From the IMG/VR virus record IMGVR_UViG_3300025812_000003: 64,000 nt of DNA. One strand, written 5' to 3'. Under the pieces are notes generated by a model, which did not search any database, was not told the DNA's origin, and saw only the letters and a list, made by a program, of their open reading frames with translations. Origin of the DNA: a virus. This document shows, in pieces, positions 25,937 through 34,762 of the stretch. Every line of letters starts with the position of its first letter. Position 1 is the first letter of the stretch. Position numbers and translations under genes: made by a program.

Positions 25937-26818
25937 CTAGTCCATGAATCTAAGGGTCTTGATGTACGAGGAGCCGATGATTTCGCAGGCCGAGGACGCC
26001 TTGACTTCCTGGCCAGCGCCTTCTTCCTTGCCTTCCTCTTCCCCCTCCTTTTCAGGAGGACGGAAGAATGCGCACCAATCGTCGTAACCTACCTTGACGG
26101 CCCCATCGGGGAGCTTCTTCTCGGGCTTGATGTCCGGGTCCTTCATCACGGCGGGGTGGGAGCACGAATCGACCTCGTTCCCGTCCTCGTCCTTCGAGTG
26201 GGGGGTCCGAAAATGGCAGTTCATGCACGTCGCCGGGCCATGCCCGGCGAACCCGGTGAGCCTCGTCCCGATCCTGACATTTTCCGCCCCATCGGCCAAA
26301 GCCATGGCTCCCTCCTTGGACGCCCCCTTTTCTTCCTTTTCTTCGTCGTCGACGGTGCCCGGGCCTTCCTTGACGGCTTCCTGGTGCTTCTCGATGGCGG
26401 GCCTCAGGTCGTCCAGTTCGACCTCGTGCACGTCCCCCAGCCTCTTGTCCCCCCATCCCTTGGGATAGTGCGCCAGGTAGAGGGCCTGGGCCTCCTCCAG
26501 GCTGTTGCACCCGAGGACCGCCTTGTACTCGTCCAGCGCCTCCCCGTCCTCCTTGAGCTGCTCCACTATGTAGGCCTTTTCCGAGTCCCTGAAGGGCCCT
26601 ATGTATACGTCCAGGGGCTCCTTGTCGCCCTTGGCGGAGGTGTCGTCCACGAAACCGTAATCACAACGCATTTCTCTTCTCCAAGGTTTCCCGTCTTTGT
26701 CCTTGCCCTCCCGGATCGATCCCCTGGGCCACTCGACGATAATGTCCAGGCCATGCAGTTTGACGTTGTGGTGCTGCGGGAGCTTCCCCGTCACCCGAAA
26801 GCTAGATTCCAAATCCAT
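25937..26818 (-). CDS. Inorganic-pyrophosphatase-like domain protein (polyvalent-protein type) with acidic and Cys-containing C-terminus
   Basis: Motifs GLDI.VE.PRGS.R.G....W...M..DYG, DKEPLDVYIGP, EQL....DE.K.VLG..S.E.A...YL..Y. Confidence 0.8.
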   Translation of the reverse strand: MDLESSFRVTGKLPQHHNVKLHGLDIIVEWPRGSIREGKDKDGKPWRREMRCDYGFVDDTSAKGDKEPLDVYIGPFRDSEKAYIVEQLKEDGEALDEYKAVLGCNSLEEAQALYLAHYPKGWGDKRLGDVHEVELDDLRPAIEKHQEAVKEGPGTVDDEEKEEKGASKEGAMALADGAENVRIGTRLTGFAGHGPATCMNCHFRTPHSKDEDGNEVDSCSHPAVMKDPDIKPEKKLPDGAVKVGYDDWCAFFRPPEKEGEEEGKEEGAGQEVKASSACEIIGSSYIKTLRFMD

Positions 26819-26848
26819 GCGCCCCCCTGATAAAGGACTTGAAAATCA

Positions 26849-26861
26849 CGGTATTATGGGA
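26849..26861 (+). promoter_or_regulatory. CGGTATTATGGGA motif, putative phage promoter element
   Basis: Identical to 2619-2631; lies in a divergent intergenic region. Confidence 0.45.
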
Positions 26862-27037
26862 CGGGATTAAGCAGTGGGAAAGGCGGGAAGGAAAGGCAAG
26901 GGAGAAGGCGGACCAGAACGAGCCGAAGGATAGCCCGCATCTCGGATAGGCAGTCTACGAAACCCTTTATTAGCGATGCAATCTCATCCGAGAAAACGAT
27001 TTGGCAAAGCGGCAATCCGGCCGCACGAGGAGGAAAC

Positions 27038-28261
27038 TTGAAACATCAAAAGCCAAGCAAGAAGGAGCTCATAGCCGAGGCGAAGGCCCTTTTCGACAAA
27101 AACGACCGGAAGCCGTTCAGCCGCGATTGGTTCCGTACCCATAGCAGGTTCGGCAACAGGTGGGGAGACCAGTTCGCCAAGTTTGCCGCATTCATGGAGG
27201 AGGCCAAGCTCCCCACGGTGGGAAGCACCTCCGACACGTCCCTCCCGCCCGAGCACCAATTGGAACTGGAGAAGGAAAAGGTCAAGGCGAAGCAGGCGGG
27301 CGTGGGGGCGCGGCTCAAGAGCGCCACCGAGCGCATCGTACTGCTGGAAAAGAACCTGGAGGTGGCCCTCTCGCTGAAGAAGCACAACCCCCAGGTAACC
27401 ATCATCGCCCCCAAGACCCCGTCCACGGGGTCGGAGTCGGTGGCGGTGACCATCGCCAGCGACTGGCACATCGAGGAGAACGTGGCCCCGGCGACCGTAA
27501 GCTACAAGAACGAGTTCAACCTGAAAATCGGGGACAAACGGGCGACCAAATACTGGCAGGGCGTCCACAGGATGTACGACATCCTCAGGAGGGACACGGC
27601 GATAAACACCCTCGTCGTGGCGCTGCTCGGGGACTTCATCACGAACCACATCCACGAGGAGTTCCTGGAGAACAACAACCTGCTCCCCATGGAGGCCGTC
27701 TACAAGGTCGAGGGGATGCTGAGGAGCGGCCTCAAGTTCCTGCTGGAGAACGTCGAGAAGGACGTCAGGTTCGTCATCCCGTGCCACTACGGGAACCACT
27801 CGCGCACCACGGAGAAGACGCGGGGGGTCACCGAGGCCGGGCATTCCCTGGAGCGCCTGATATACTACCACCTTCGGGACCTCTTCGAGGGCGAGGACAG
27901 GCTCCAGTTCCAGATAGCCGAGGGCTACCATTCCTGGATCGGGCTGTTCGACAACAAGTACCGGATCAGGTGCCATCACGGGCACGCCATCAACTTCAAC
28001 GGCGGCATCGGGGGGGTGGAGATCCCCATCAACCGCGCACTGGCGCAGTGGGACATGACGCAGCAGGCGGACCTCGACATATTCGGGCACTTCCACCGCC
28101 TGATCGACAACTCGAAGTTCGTGATGAACGGCTCCCTGATAGGCTACAACGACTTTGCCGTCAGGATTCGGGCCCCGTACCAGAAGCCCCAGCAGGCGTT
28201 CTTCCTGGTCAACCGCAAATGGAACAGCAAGTCGGTGTTCACGCCGATCTTCCTGGAATGA
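27038..28261 (+). CDS. Calcineurin-like metallophosphoesterase / nuclease with N-terminal helical and coiled-coil region
   Basis: Motifs IASDWH, LLGDF, CHYGNH, CHHGH, IFGHFH, MNGSL.GYN.FA; TTG start after GAGGAGG. Confidence 0.85.
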   Translation: MKHQKPSKKELIAEAKALFDKNDRKPFSRDWFRTHSRFGNRWGDQFAKFAAFMEEAKLPTVGSTSDTSLPPEHQLELEKEKVKAKQAGVGARLKSATERIVLLEKNLEVALSLKKHNPQVTIIAPKTPSTGSESVAVTIASDWHIEENVAPATVSYKNEFNLKIGDKRATKYWQGVHRMYDILRRDTAINTLVVALLGDFITNHIHEEFLENNNLLPMEAVYKVEGMLRSGLKFLLENVEKDVRFVIPCHYGNHSRTTEKTRGVTEAGHSLERLIYYHLRDLFEGEDRLQFQIAEGYHSWIGLFDNKYRIRCHHGHAINFNGGIGGVEIPINRALAQWDMTQQADLDIFGHFHRLIDNSKFVMNGSLIGYNDFAVRIRAPYQKPQQAFFLVNRKWNSKSVFTPIFLE

Positions 28262-28302
28262 GGGCGGCCTGCGCCTTCCGGTGCCGATGGTATTAGCCTA
28301 GC

Positions 28303-29622
28303 ATGCCCAGATGGGCCTACTACAACAAAATCGATCCGTTCTGCGCGGAATGGCTGCGCAGGCTCATGGCGGCGGGCCAGATTCCCGAGGGAGAGGTCGA
28401 TGAGCGAGACATCAGGAACGTCCGTCCCGACGACGTCCGGGGGTTCGCCCAGTGCCATTGGTTCGCCGGAATCGGGGTCTGGCCCTACGCCCTCCGCCTC
28501 GCGGGAGTCCCCGACGACTTCGGGTGCTGGACCGGCTCCTGCCCCTGCCAGCCCTATTCCGACGCGGGAAGGAGGAGAGGGGCCGCCGACGAACGTCACC
28601 TCTGGCCAGCCTGGTTCTCCCTCATCCGCGAGTGCCGTCCCCTCGTCGTCTTCGGGGAGCAGGTCGCGTCCTCCAAGGTCGTCGGGCAATCTGGCGGAAG
28701 GGCTGCACGCAAGGCTGGCGGGGCTGACGGAAAAGTGTGGCTCGACCTTGTTCAGGACGACCTGGAAGCGGAGGGCTACGCCTTCGGGGCACATGGTCTG
28801 GCTGCCTGCAATCTCGGCGCGCCGCACATCAGGAAACGATTGTACTTCGTGGCCGAGTCCGACCGTGGCGGAGCGGGAACGGCGGCGGGAGATCATCGAC
28901 AAATTGGCAAAATGGAGGCTGGAGAACCACGGGCAGACGACCGTCCCGCTCTACCTCTGCGAGGCGGCGAAGCTGGCGGGGTGGCCGAGCCCCAAGGTCG
29001 GGGGGGCGGACGAGTCCCTGGAGAACTGGGAAAGGCGGAAGCGGACGGAGTACGAGAGGTACCCGGGGAAGGGGATAGGCTCGGGGTCCCTGGGGATTGT
29101 GGCGCAGAAGGCGGGATGGCCGACCCCCATAACCTGCACTGGAGGCGGGGAGAGCGCAGAGGAGAAGCGGGCCAGGGGGAGGACAAAGTCGGGAGGGGGG
29201 GACCTTCAGTCGGCGGCCCTGACGGCGGGATGGGCCACCCCGACGGCCAGGGACTACCGCTTCCCGAACCTCAGGACGTACGAGGAACGGGGCGGGGGGA
29301 AGAAGGGGGAGCAGTTGAACAACCAAGTGGCGCACCTGATCTTCCTGGGGGAAATCCTTGGTCCGATCCCGTCTGGATCTTCTGCCGGGACGGAAGGTAC
29401 CGCCCCATTCCCAGGGTGCCTGAACCCCTGTTTTGCGAGGTGGCTCCAGGGCTTGCCACTGATCTGGGACTTGTGCGCCATGGCGATACCCAGGTTTATT
29501 CGCCGTTCGTCGAGGGCACGCCGAACCGGAAGGCAAGGTTAAAGGGATACGCGAACTCCCTGTGCGCCCAGGCGGCCGCGACTTTCATAAAGGCCTACAT
29601 GGGCATCCAAGCGCATAGCTGA
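28303..29622 (+). CDS. C5 cytosine DNA methyltransferase, alpha polypeptide
   Basis: Motifs WFAGIG (I), TGSCPCQPYS (IV), FGEQV (VI), PHIRKRLYFVA (VIII) and RLKGYANS (X). There is no motif IX in this frame. Confidence 0.9.
   Translation: MPRWAYYNKIDPFCAEWLRRLMAAGQIPEGEVDERDIRNVRPDDVRGFAQCHWFAGIGVWPYALRLAGVPDDFGCWTGSCPCQPYSDAGRRRGAADERHLWPAWFSLIRECRPLVVFGEQVASSKVVGQSGGRAARKAGGADGKVWLDLVQDDLEAEGYAFGAHGLAACNLGAPHIRKRLYFVAESDRGGAGTAAGDHRQIGKMEAGEPRADDRPALPLRGGEAGGVAEPQGRGGGRVPGELGKAEADGVREVPGEGDRLGVPGDCGAEGGMADPHNLHWRRGERRGEAGQGEDKVGRGGPSVGGPDGGMGHPDGQGLPLPEPQDVRGTGRGEEGGAVEQPSGAPDLPGGNPWSDPVWIFCRDGRYRPIPRVPEPLFCEVAPGLATDLGLVRHGDTQVYSPFVEGTPNRKARLKGYANSLCAQAAATFIKAYMGIQAHS
28400..29542 (+). CDS. 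C5 methyltransferase beta polypeptide in the +1 frame, nested in the alpha gene
   Basis: 380-aa open frame with four W[PA][ST]P repeats and the motif-IX-like LNP.FARWLQGLP..W. Confidence 0.75.
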   Translation: MSETSGTSVPTTSGGSPSAIGSPESGSGPTPSASRESPTTSGAGPAPAPASPIPTREGGEGPPTNVTSGQPGSPSSASAVPSSSSGSRSRPPRSSGNLAEGLHARLAGLTEKCGSTLFRTTWKRRATPSGHMVWLPAISARRTSGNDCTSWPSPTVAERERRREIIDKLAKWRLENHGQTTVPLYLCEAAKLAGWPSPKVGGADESLENWERRKRTEYERYPGKGIGSGSLGIVAQKAGWPTPITCTGGGESAEEKRARGRTKSGGGDLQSAALTAGWATPTARDYRFPNLRTYEERGGGKKGEQLNNQVAHLIFLGEILGPIPSGSSAGTEGTAPFPGCLNPCFARWLQGLPLIWDLCAMAIPRFIRRSSRARRTGRQG

Positions 29623-30017
29623 TGAGCAACCCAAGGGGCATGCCGAACGTATGGGAAGACTTTCCTCAGAGAAAGGACGCCCATGGCAGGCATCTCTGCA
29701 AGAAATGCGGCAATGTCCTGGACGGAAAGAAGACCGCCTGGTGCGGAAAAGAATGCCTGAAGGCCGTCCTGTTCCTGGTCCGATGGCCGGTGGTAAGGAA
29801 CTTCGTCCGCCGGAGGGACAAGTGGACGTGCCAGATGTGCGGGAGGCCGGGACGGGAGGTGGACCACATCGTCGAGGTGGCGGACGGGGGGCTGAGCGTC
29901 CCGGAAAACCTGTGGGTTTTATGCCATGCGGATCATATGGCGAAGACTGCGGCGTCTAGGAAGGCAAGGGCGAAAAGGAACGGGACCGCACCTTCCTCGC
30001 CTCCTGTATCTTCCTGA
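29622..30017 (+). CDS. HNH endonuclease
   Basis: CQMC..EVDHIVE..GG...NL.VLC..DH..KT with an N-terminal CKKC...WC; TGATG coupling to the methyltransferase. Confidence 0.88.
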   Translation: MSNPRGMPNVWEDFPQRKDAHGRHLCKKCGNVLDGKKTAWCGKECLKAVLFLVRWPVVRNFVRRRDKWTCQMCGRPGREVDHIVEVADGGLSVPENLWVLCHADHMAKTAASRKARAKRNGTAPSSPPVSS

Positions 30018-30552
30018 TTTCCTCGCAGTCGGCGCAGGCGGGCCTGCCGCAGACGCCTTCCTGTCCTTCCTTGTCCCTATAGTCCCCGTACTTCCTGCGG
30101 ACCCCCTTGGCGAGGGCCACGAGGGCCTCGTCGAACGTGGCCCCGCCGCAGTCCAGGCTGGGATCGTGGTACGGGATGTCCTGGGTCTCGTCATGCCATT
30201 GGGAGGGGTAGCCGTACTCCATCGAGCCGAACTCCAGCCAGCATTCCGGGACGGTGTTCAGCGAGGCGTCATCGTTAACCTTGCCGGAGGCGTCCACCTT
30301 GGCGTAGAAGATGCTGAGGTTCTCCTCGATGGCATGGCGGAGGAGGTGACGCCATTCCCTCCAGCACTTGCCGCCCCCTCCGTGAGCGCTCCCAACCCGA
30401 TCGCGAGTGACGACGAAGCCTTTCTTTTCCAGGTCGTCGGCCTCCTTGCGGGAGACCTCGTTGCGCGCCCGGAGGCAGAGCCCGGGGTGATTGTAAAGGA
30501 ACCACCAAGCGTCGTAGGCGCTTCCGATCTTATGGATGCATTTTTTGGACAT
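29956..30552 (-). CDS. Hypothetical protein
   Basis: 198-aa ORF with normal composition. Confidence 0.55.
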   Translation of the reverse strand: MSKKCIHKIGSAYDAWWFLYNHPGLCLRARNEVSRKEADDLEKKGFVVTRDRVGSAHGGGGKCWREWRHLLRHAIEENLSIFYAKVDASGKVNDDASLNTVPECWLEFGSMEYGYPSQWHDETQDIPYHDPSLDCGGATFDEALVALAKGVRRKYGDYRDKEGQEGVCGRPACADCEEIRKIQEARKVRSRSFSPLPS

Positions 30553-30563
30553 ACAGGAAAATA

Positions 30564-33398
30564 CTATGCCCGGGCGGAAGCCTGCCTTACCCAGAAGGCC
30601 TTCTGCTGCCCGCCGAGGCTGACGGTTTCCTTGCGGAACCCGAAGGACTTGGCCAGGCCGTCGTAGTAGAGCCCTATCTTGTCCGCCTCGACCGAGAGGT
30701 CCTTTTCGGCGATGCTCTCCGAGGTATGGATGGCCACGTACTTAATCCCGTTCCTCCTGGCCATCTCCAGCAGGGTGGAGATCGCATACTCGGCCCAGTC
30801 CTTGAACAGCTCCGTGAGGCGGCGGCGTATGCGCTCCATCTCCTCCACGGTATAGCCATGCTGGATGAGGAGGCGTCTTCCGACGTCGTACCTCTGGTGC
30901 ATGGTCGTCCTCTCCTCCGGCCCCTCGTCCCCCTCGTCCTCCCCCTCCCCCTCGATCCTCTGCATCTCCTTCGTGATCTTCTCGCGCACGCGGGGATTGA
31001 TTATCCCGGCGAAGAACTCCTCGAAGGTCTCCGCCTCCAGGACGGCCTTCGCCTGGCTGACGGAGTTGATGAGGTCCGTCTGCACCTCGTCCACGAGCAG
31101 CCAGTCCTTGTCGATGAAGTCCAGGCGCAGCCACCCCACCGTGTCCTTGCCCACGGGGTGCCCCGACATCTCGCTGGACTTCCCGACGTAGTCCACGTAG
31201 TCAGACAGCAGCATGTCCTCCCCCATGATGCCCTTGGCGGAAGCCCCCTGGTTGATTTGCAGGACGAGCTGCTCCGCGTCCCGGAAGGACTCCTCGGGGT
31301 CGTGGTAGGTCTCGTAGGATACCCCGTAGTCCTTCTCCGGCGGCTCCTCCGTCTCCAGCCAGCCCTCTAGCTGGCCGAGGGTGACGGTCGGCCCGTTGCG
31401 GCGCAGCCTGGTGAACAGCGAGGAATTCTGGGCGAACGGGAATTTCTTCTGGAAGTCCTTCCACGGGAGCTCCCGGACGCCGTTGTCCTGGTACCACTTC
31501 AGGACCCTGGCCACGAGGTCGTGCTCCTTCGACAGGGGGGCTTCGAGAGTTCTGACGTTTTCAAGGACGTCCGCCCTCTTGAGCAGGGAGCTATCCATGC
31601 TTCCCACATGGATGCCTTCGTCCCCGGCCTCGGGCTCGGGAAACAGGCGGCGGTGCTGCGGGGACGGGGTCCAGGGCTCCTTGTATTCCTCCCCCTCGTT
31701 CGGGATGTGGAACCCCGGAGGCATCTTGGGCTTCTCGCCGAAGTGCTTGTCCATCTCCTCCCTGAGGTAGTCCGAATACCTTTCCTCGCTGAACCAATCT
31801 CCTCCAATGGAGAGATATACGTCCTGGTCCCAGTCCGGTATCCTCTTGCCCTTGTCCTCCACCTGGTCGGCATACTTTTTTGCCCTGGAAAAAGACAGGG
31901 TCTGCCTGACCGGCTGGTCGTCCCCGCCGTATTCGATGTCCGTGCCCCAGTTCTCGCCGTGCCCGAGCATCTCCAGGGCCGCCTCGACCTCGCTTTCCGC
32001 ATCGTACTCGCCCGGCTGCGTGGCGGAATACAGCTCCACCGCCCGCTTGAGCGCCTCGCAGGCGGCGGGCTCCTCAGCCTCGCTGTTCCTGGGACGGCGC
32101 AGGTAACGGAAGTATGCTTCGGTGGCCTTGCCGTCCGGGTCCACGGCGTCCAGCAGCTCCTCGACGCTGTCCTTGTCTACGGGAGCGAAGTCGGATGGGA
32201 CCTTGCTGGGGTTCTGGTATGCCAGGGCCAGGGCGAAGTTGCCAAGGTAGTTCGGGCTCCTTACGGGGGTCCGCTTGCCTTCCTTCCATTCGTCCTGCTC
32301 CTTGTTGGACCACTCATCCAGGAGGTTGGTCAGTTCCCAGAAGCTGGGGGCGGCGGCGGAATCCTCGCCGAAGTACAGGTCCAGCACCTCCCTTCCTTCT
32401 TGCCTCGCATAGTGGTAGAGGAAGTCCTTCCCGGTGGCCCACCTCTGGACGACGAACACTTCGTCCGCGGGATTCCATGCGTCCTGATCGAACTCCAGGA
32501 GCTCGATGATTTTTGCTACCTGGGGACTTATGGCAAGGGATCCGAGGTCCGGGCGGGCGGCGATCAAATCCCGGTACATCTCGGGGCTCAGGTCGCTCAG
32601 CTTGAAGTTGTTCGCGGGCTTGTAGCCGCCGCCTACGATGCCTTTGATGAGGTTGGAGTCTTTGAGCAATGCGACTATGTAGGGATGCAGCCTCGGCACC
32701 GGCTTGTTGTTCTGCTTCCCCTTCATCTCGCCGAGATAGCCGTTCTTGTTGAATATGAACGTTGCGTGCGGCTCCCACCACGTCTCCTTGCCGACCATCC
32801 TAGGCTGCCGCAGGGACAGGATCTCCTGCCTGGGATTGTCCTTCTACGGGGAGTTCCCGCAGTGTCCCATGGCGTCGGCCTCGTCGGGGCACGACGCCCT
32901 GGGCAGCCTCCACCATGCCCAGCCGTCCGGGAACCGGACGACGATCTCGTCCTCGGGCCTGGGCCTGAGGAGGTTTTTCCTGGCCCTGTTGAACTCTTCC
33001 TCCAGCTTGGGGAAGGCATCCCGCAGCAGGGCCTCGGGGTTCTCGTTCTTGAACGTCCTGGCCTGTATCTCGGGGATCGGAAGGCTCAGGTAGTGTTCCA
33101 GTCCTCCCCGGAGCTCCCCCACGGTGAAGTTCCCGAGCTCCTCGATGTCCTTGGAGAGGGATTGGAGAAGGGCCGAGGCTTGCGGCTGCTGCTCAGGAAG
33201 GTCTGGAAGGCTGGCCGCCATGGCGGCACGGGCCCACCGGAGGAACCACACGATCCTGTCCTGCTTCTTGAGGAAATGCTTAGCCCAGCCTATGCTGGTG
33301 TCTACTTGGGGCTTAAGGGCGGGATTGATCGCCAGGAGCCCCCTGAACATCTCCCGGTAGTCTGCGGCTTGGACAAGAAACTCCGAACGTAGGTCCAT
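30564..33398 (-). CDS. Second polyvalent protein (PcfJ-like domain plus C-terminal ExQTD module), interrupted by one in-frame TAG at 32844-32846
   Basis: ORF 32844..33674 (true start ATG 33398) and ORF 30564..32798 are in the same frame. The PcfJ-like motif runs through the stop: EADAMGHCGNSP*KDNPRQEILSLR..EPHATF..EMKGKQNNKP. Confidence 0.7.
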
Positions 33399-34711
33399 AG
33401 TGCCCCAACTAAAGAGCGGAATAGACTGGATTGGGGCTTGAGCGGGGTATATGGGGTATACGGGACCGAAGCCGGGGCCGGGGCGGGCTGGGGATCGGAC
33501 TTGAACGGGGTTAGGACCAGAGGCTTGATCGGGATTGAGACCGAAGCCTGTACCAGACTGGACTGGGGGACGGGCTTGGACGGACTGGGCGAAGCCGGGG
33601 CCGGGGCGGGCTGGGGATCGGACTGGGACTTGACGAAGGCCAGCCATGCCGCCTGGGACGACGAGCAGAAGCACCTGAGCCCGCTTGCGTTTCGGGCCAG
33701 GAGGGTGCTACGGGACGATGGCTCCAGGGCAAGCGCAAGCACGAAGGCAATGTCGTCGGCGCTGTTGGGATCCGCCTTGCTCCATTGGCTGGCCCACCCT
33801 ACGGCCGGCGAGACGACCATCGGTAGGCCCGCCACGGTCATGTCGGCCGACACTATGTTGAAGGTTTCGCTGTAGCTGACCTGCATACCGACGTCGCACG
33901 TCTGCAGCATGCTCAGGAAGGCCGGATGGCCCATCCAGCCATGCTCCACGAGCTGCTGGCCAGTGGCCTGGAACAACGCCCGGAGGTTCTTGAGGACGCT
34001 AGCCCCGCCCGTCTCGACCCGCATGCCATTGATGTGGAAGCGAAGGCTCTTGCCTATCGCCTTCGCATACTTGATTGCTGCGACCGCCTGGGTCAGTTGA
34101 TTCTTGAACGGACGGATGGCCCCGAAGCATCCGACATCAAGGACGTCATCGGGGGCCTTGGATGCCGGGGTGACGGGCTGGAACGGGTAGTAGTTGGGGA
34201 GGAACGGGATTTTTGCCTCCACCTCGGAGTCGGACCATGATGGGTTGGCCGAGCCCACGATGGCCCTGACGTCATTGGCCAGGTTCCGGGAATTGGGGGC
34301 GAACACCACGTTCTTGCGCCGGACGTATCCGGTTATCCATTCTATGGCGACACCCTCCTGGGCGAGGAACGGCACGGCGCTGTGCCCCCTGACCACCCAT
34401 TTGACCCGTGGATGCAGCTTCTGGAGGACGTCGAACTTGTCCGGCACGACCCACAGGGCCTCGATGAACACGATGTCGGGCCTGAAGGCCGCCACCTCGC
34501 GATCTATGTAGTTGTTGTCCAGGACCTCGACGAGCCGGGCCTCCACGCCGTTGTCGTTGAGCATCTCCACGATGAACCGGGCGGAGTTGAGGAGGCCGCT
34601 GGACAAGGTGCTGCTATAGCTCAGAACGGCATCCCCGTACTCTTCCTCGTTCCAGTAGCCAGATGCCCCATAGTGCTCCCGATGCTTGAGGATGAACAGG
34701 ACTTTTGGCAA
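33302..34711 (-). CDS. GT-B (family 4-like) glycosyltransferase with Pro/Ser-rich tail
   Basis: Motifs GCFGAIRPFKNQL, QVSYSETFNIVSAD, GLPMVVS; TTG start. Confidence 0.8.
   Translation of the reverse strand: MPKVLFILKHREHYGASGYWNEEEYGDAVLSYSSTLSSGLLNSARFIVEMLNDNGVEARLVEVLDNNYIDREVAAFRPDIVFIEALWVVPDKFDVLQKLHPRVKWVVRGHSAVPFLAQEGVAIEWITGYVRRKNVVFAPNSRNLANDVRAIVGSANPSWSDSEVEAKIPFLPNYYPFQPVTPASKAPDDVLDVGCFGAIRPFKNQLTQAVAAIKYAKAIGKSLRFHINGMRVETGGASVLKNLRALFQATGQQLVEHGWMGHPAFLSMLQTCDVGMQVSYSETFNIVSADMTVAGLPMVVSPAVGWASQWSKADPNSADDIAFVLALALEPSSRSTLLARNASGLRCFCSSSQAAWLAFVKSQSDPQPAPAPASPSPSKPVPQSSLVQASVSIPIKPLVLTPFKSDPQPAPAPASVPYTPYTPLKPQSSLFRSLVGALWTYVRSFLSKPQTTGRCSGGSWRSIPPLSPK
33467..33624. repeat. 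Exact 35-nt direct repeat (33467-33501 / 33590-33624)
   Basis: CGAAGCCGGGGCCGGGGCGGGCTGGGGATCGGACT twice, offset 123 nt; encodes SDPQPAPAPAS. Confidence 0.9.
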
Positions 34712-34762
34712 GATACACCCCCGGCTTCATGGCCTTCATTATCGGAAGCAGAAGTCGGAGTT

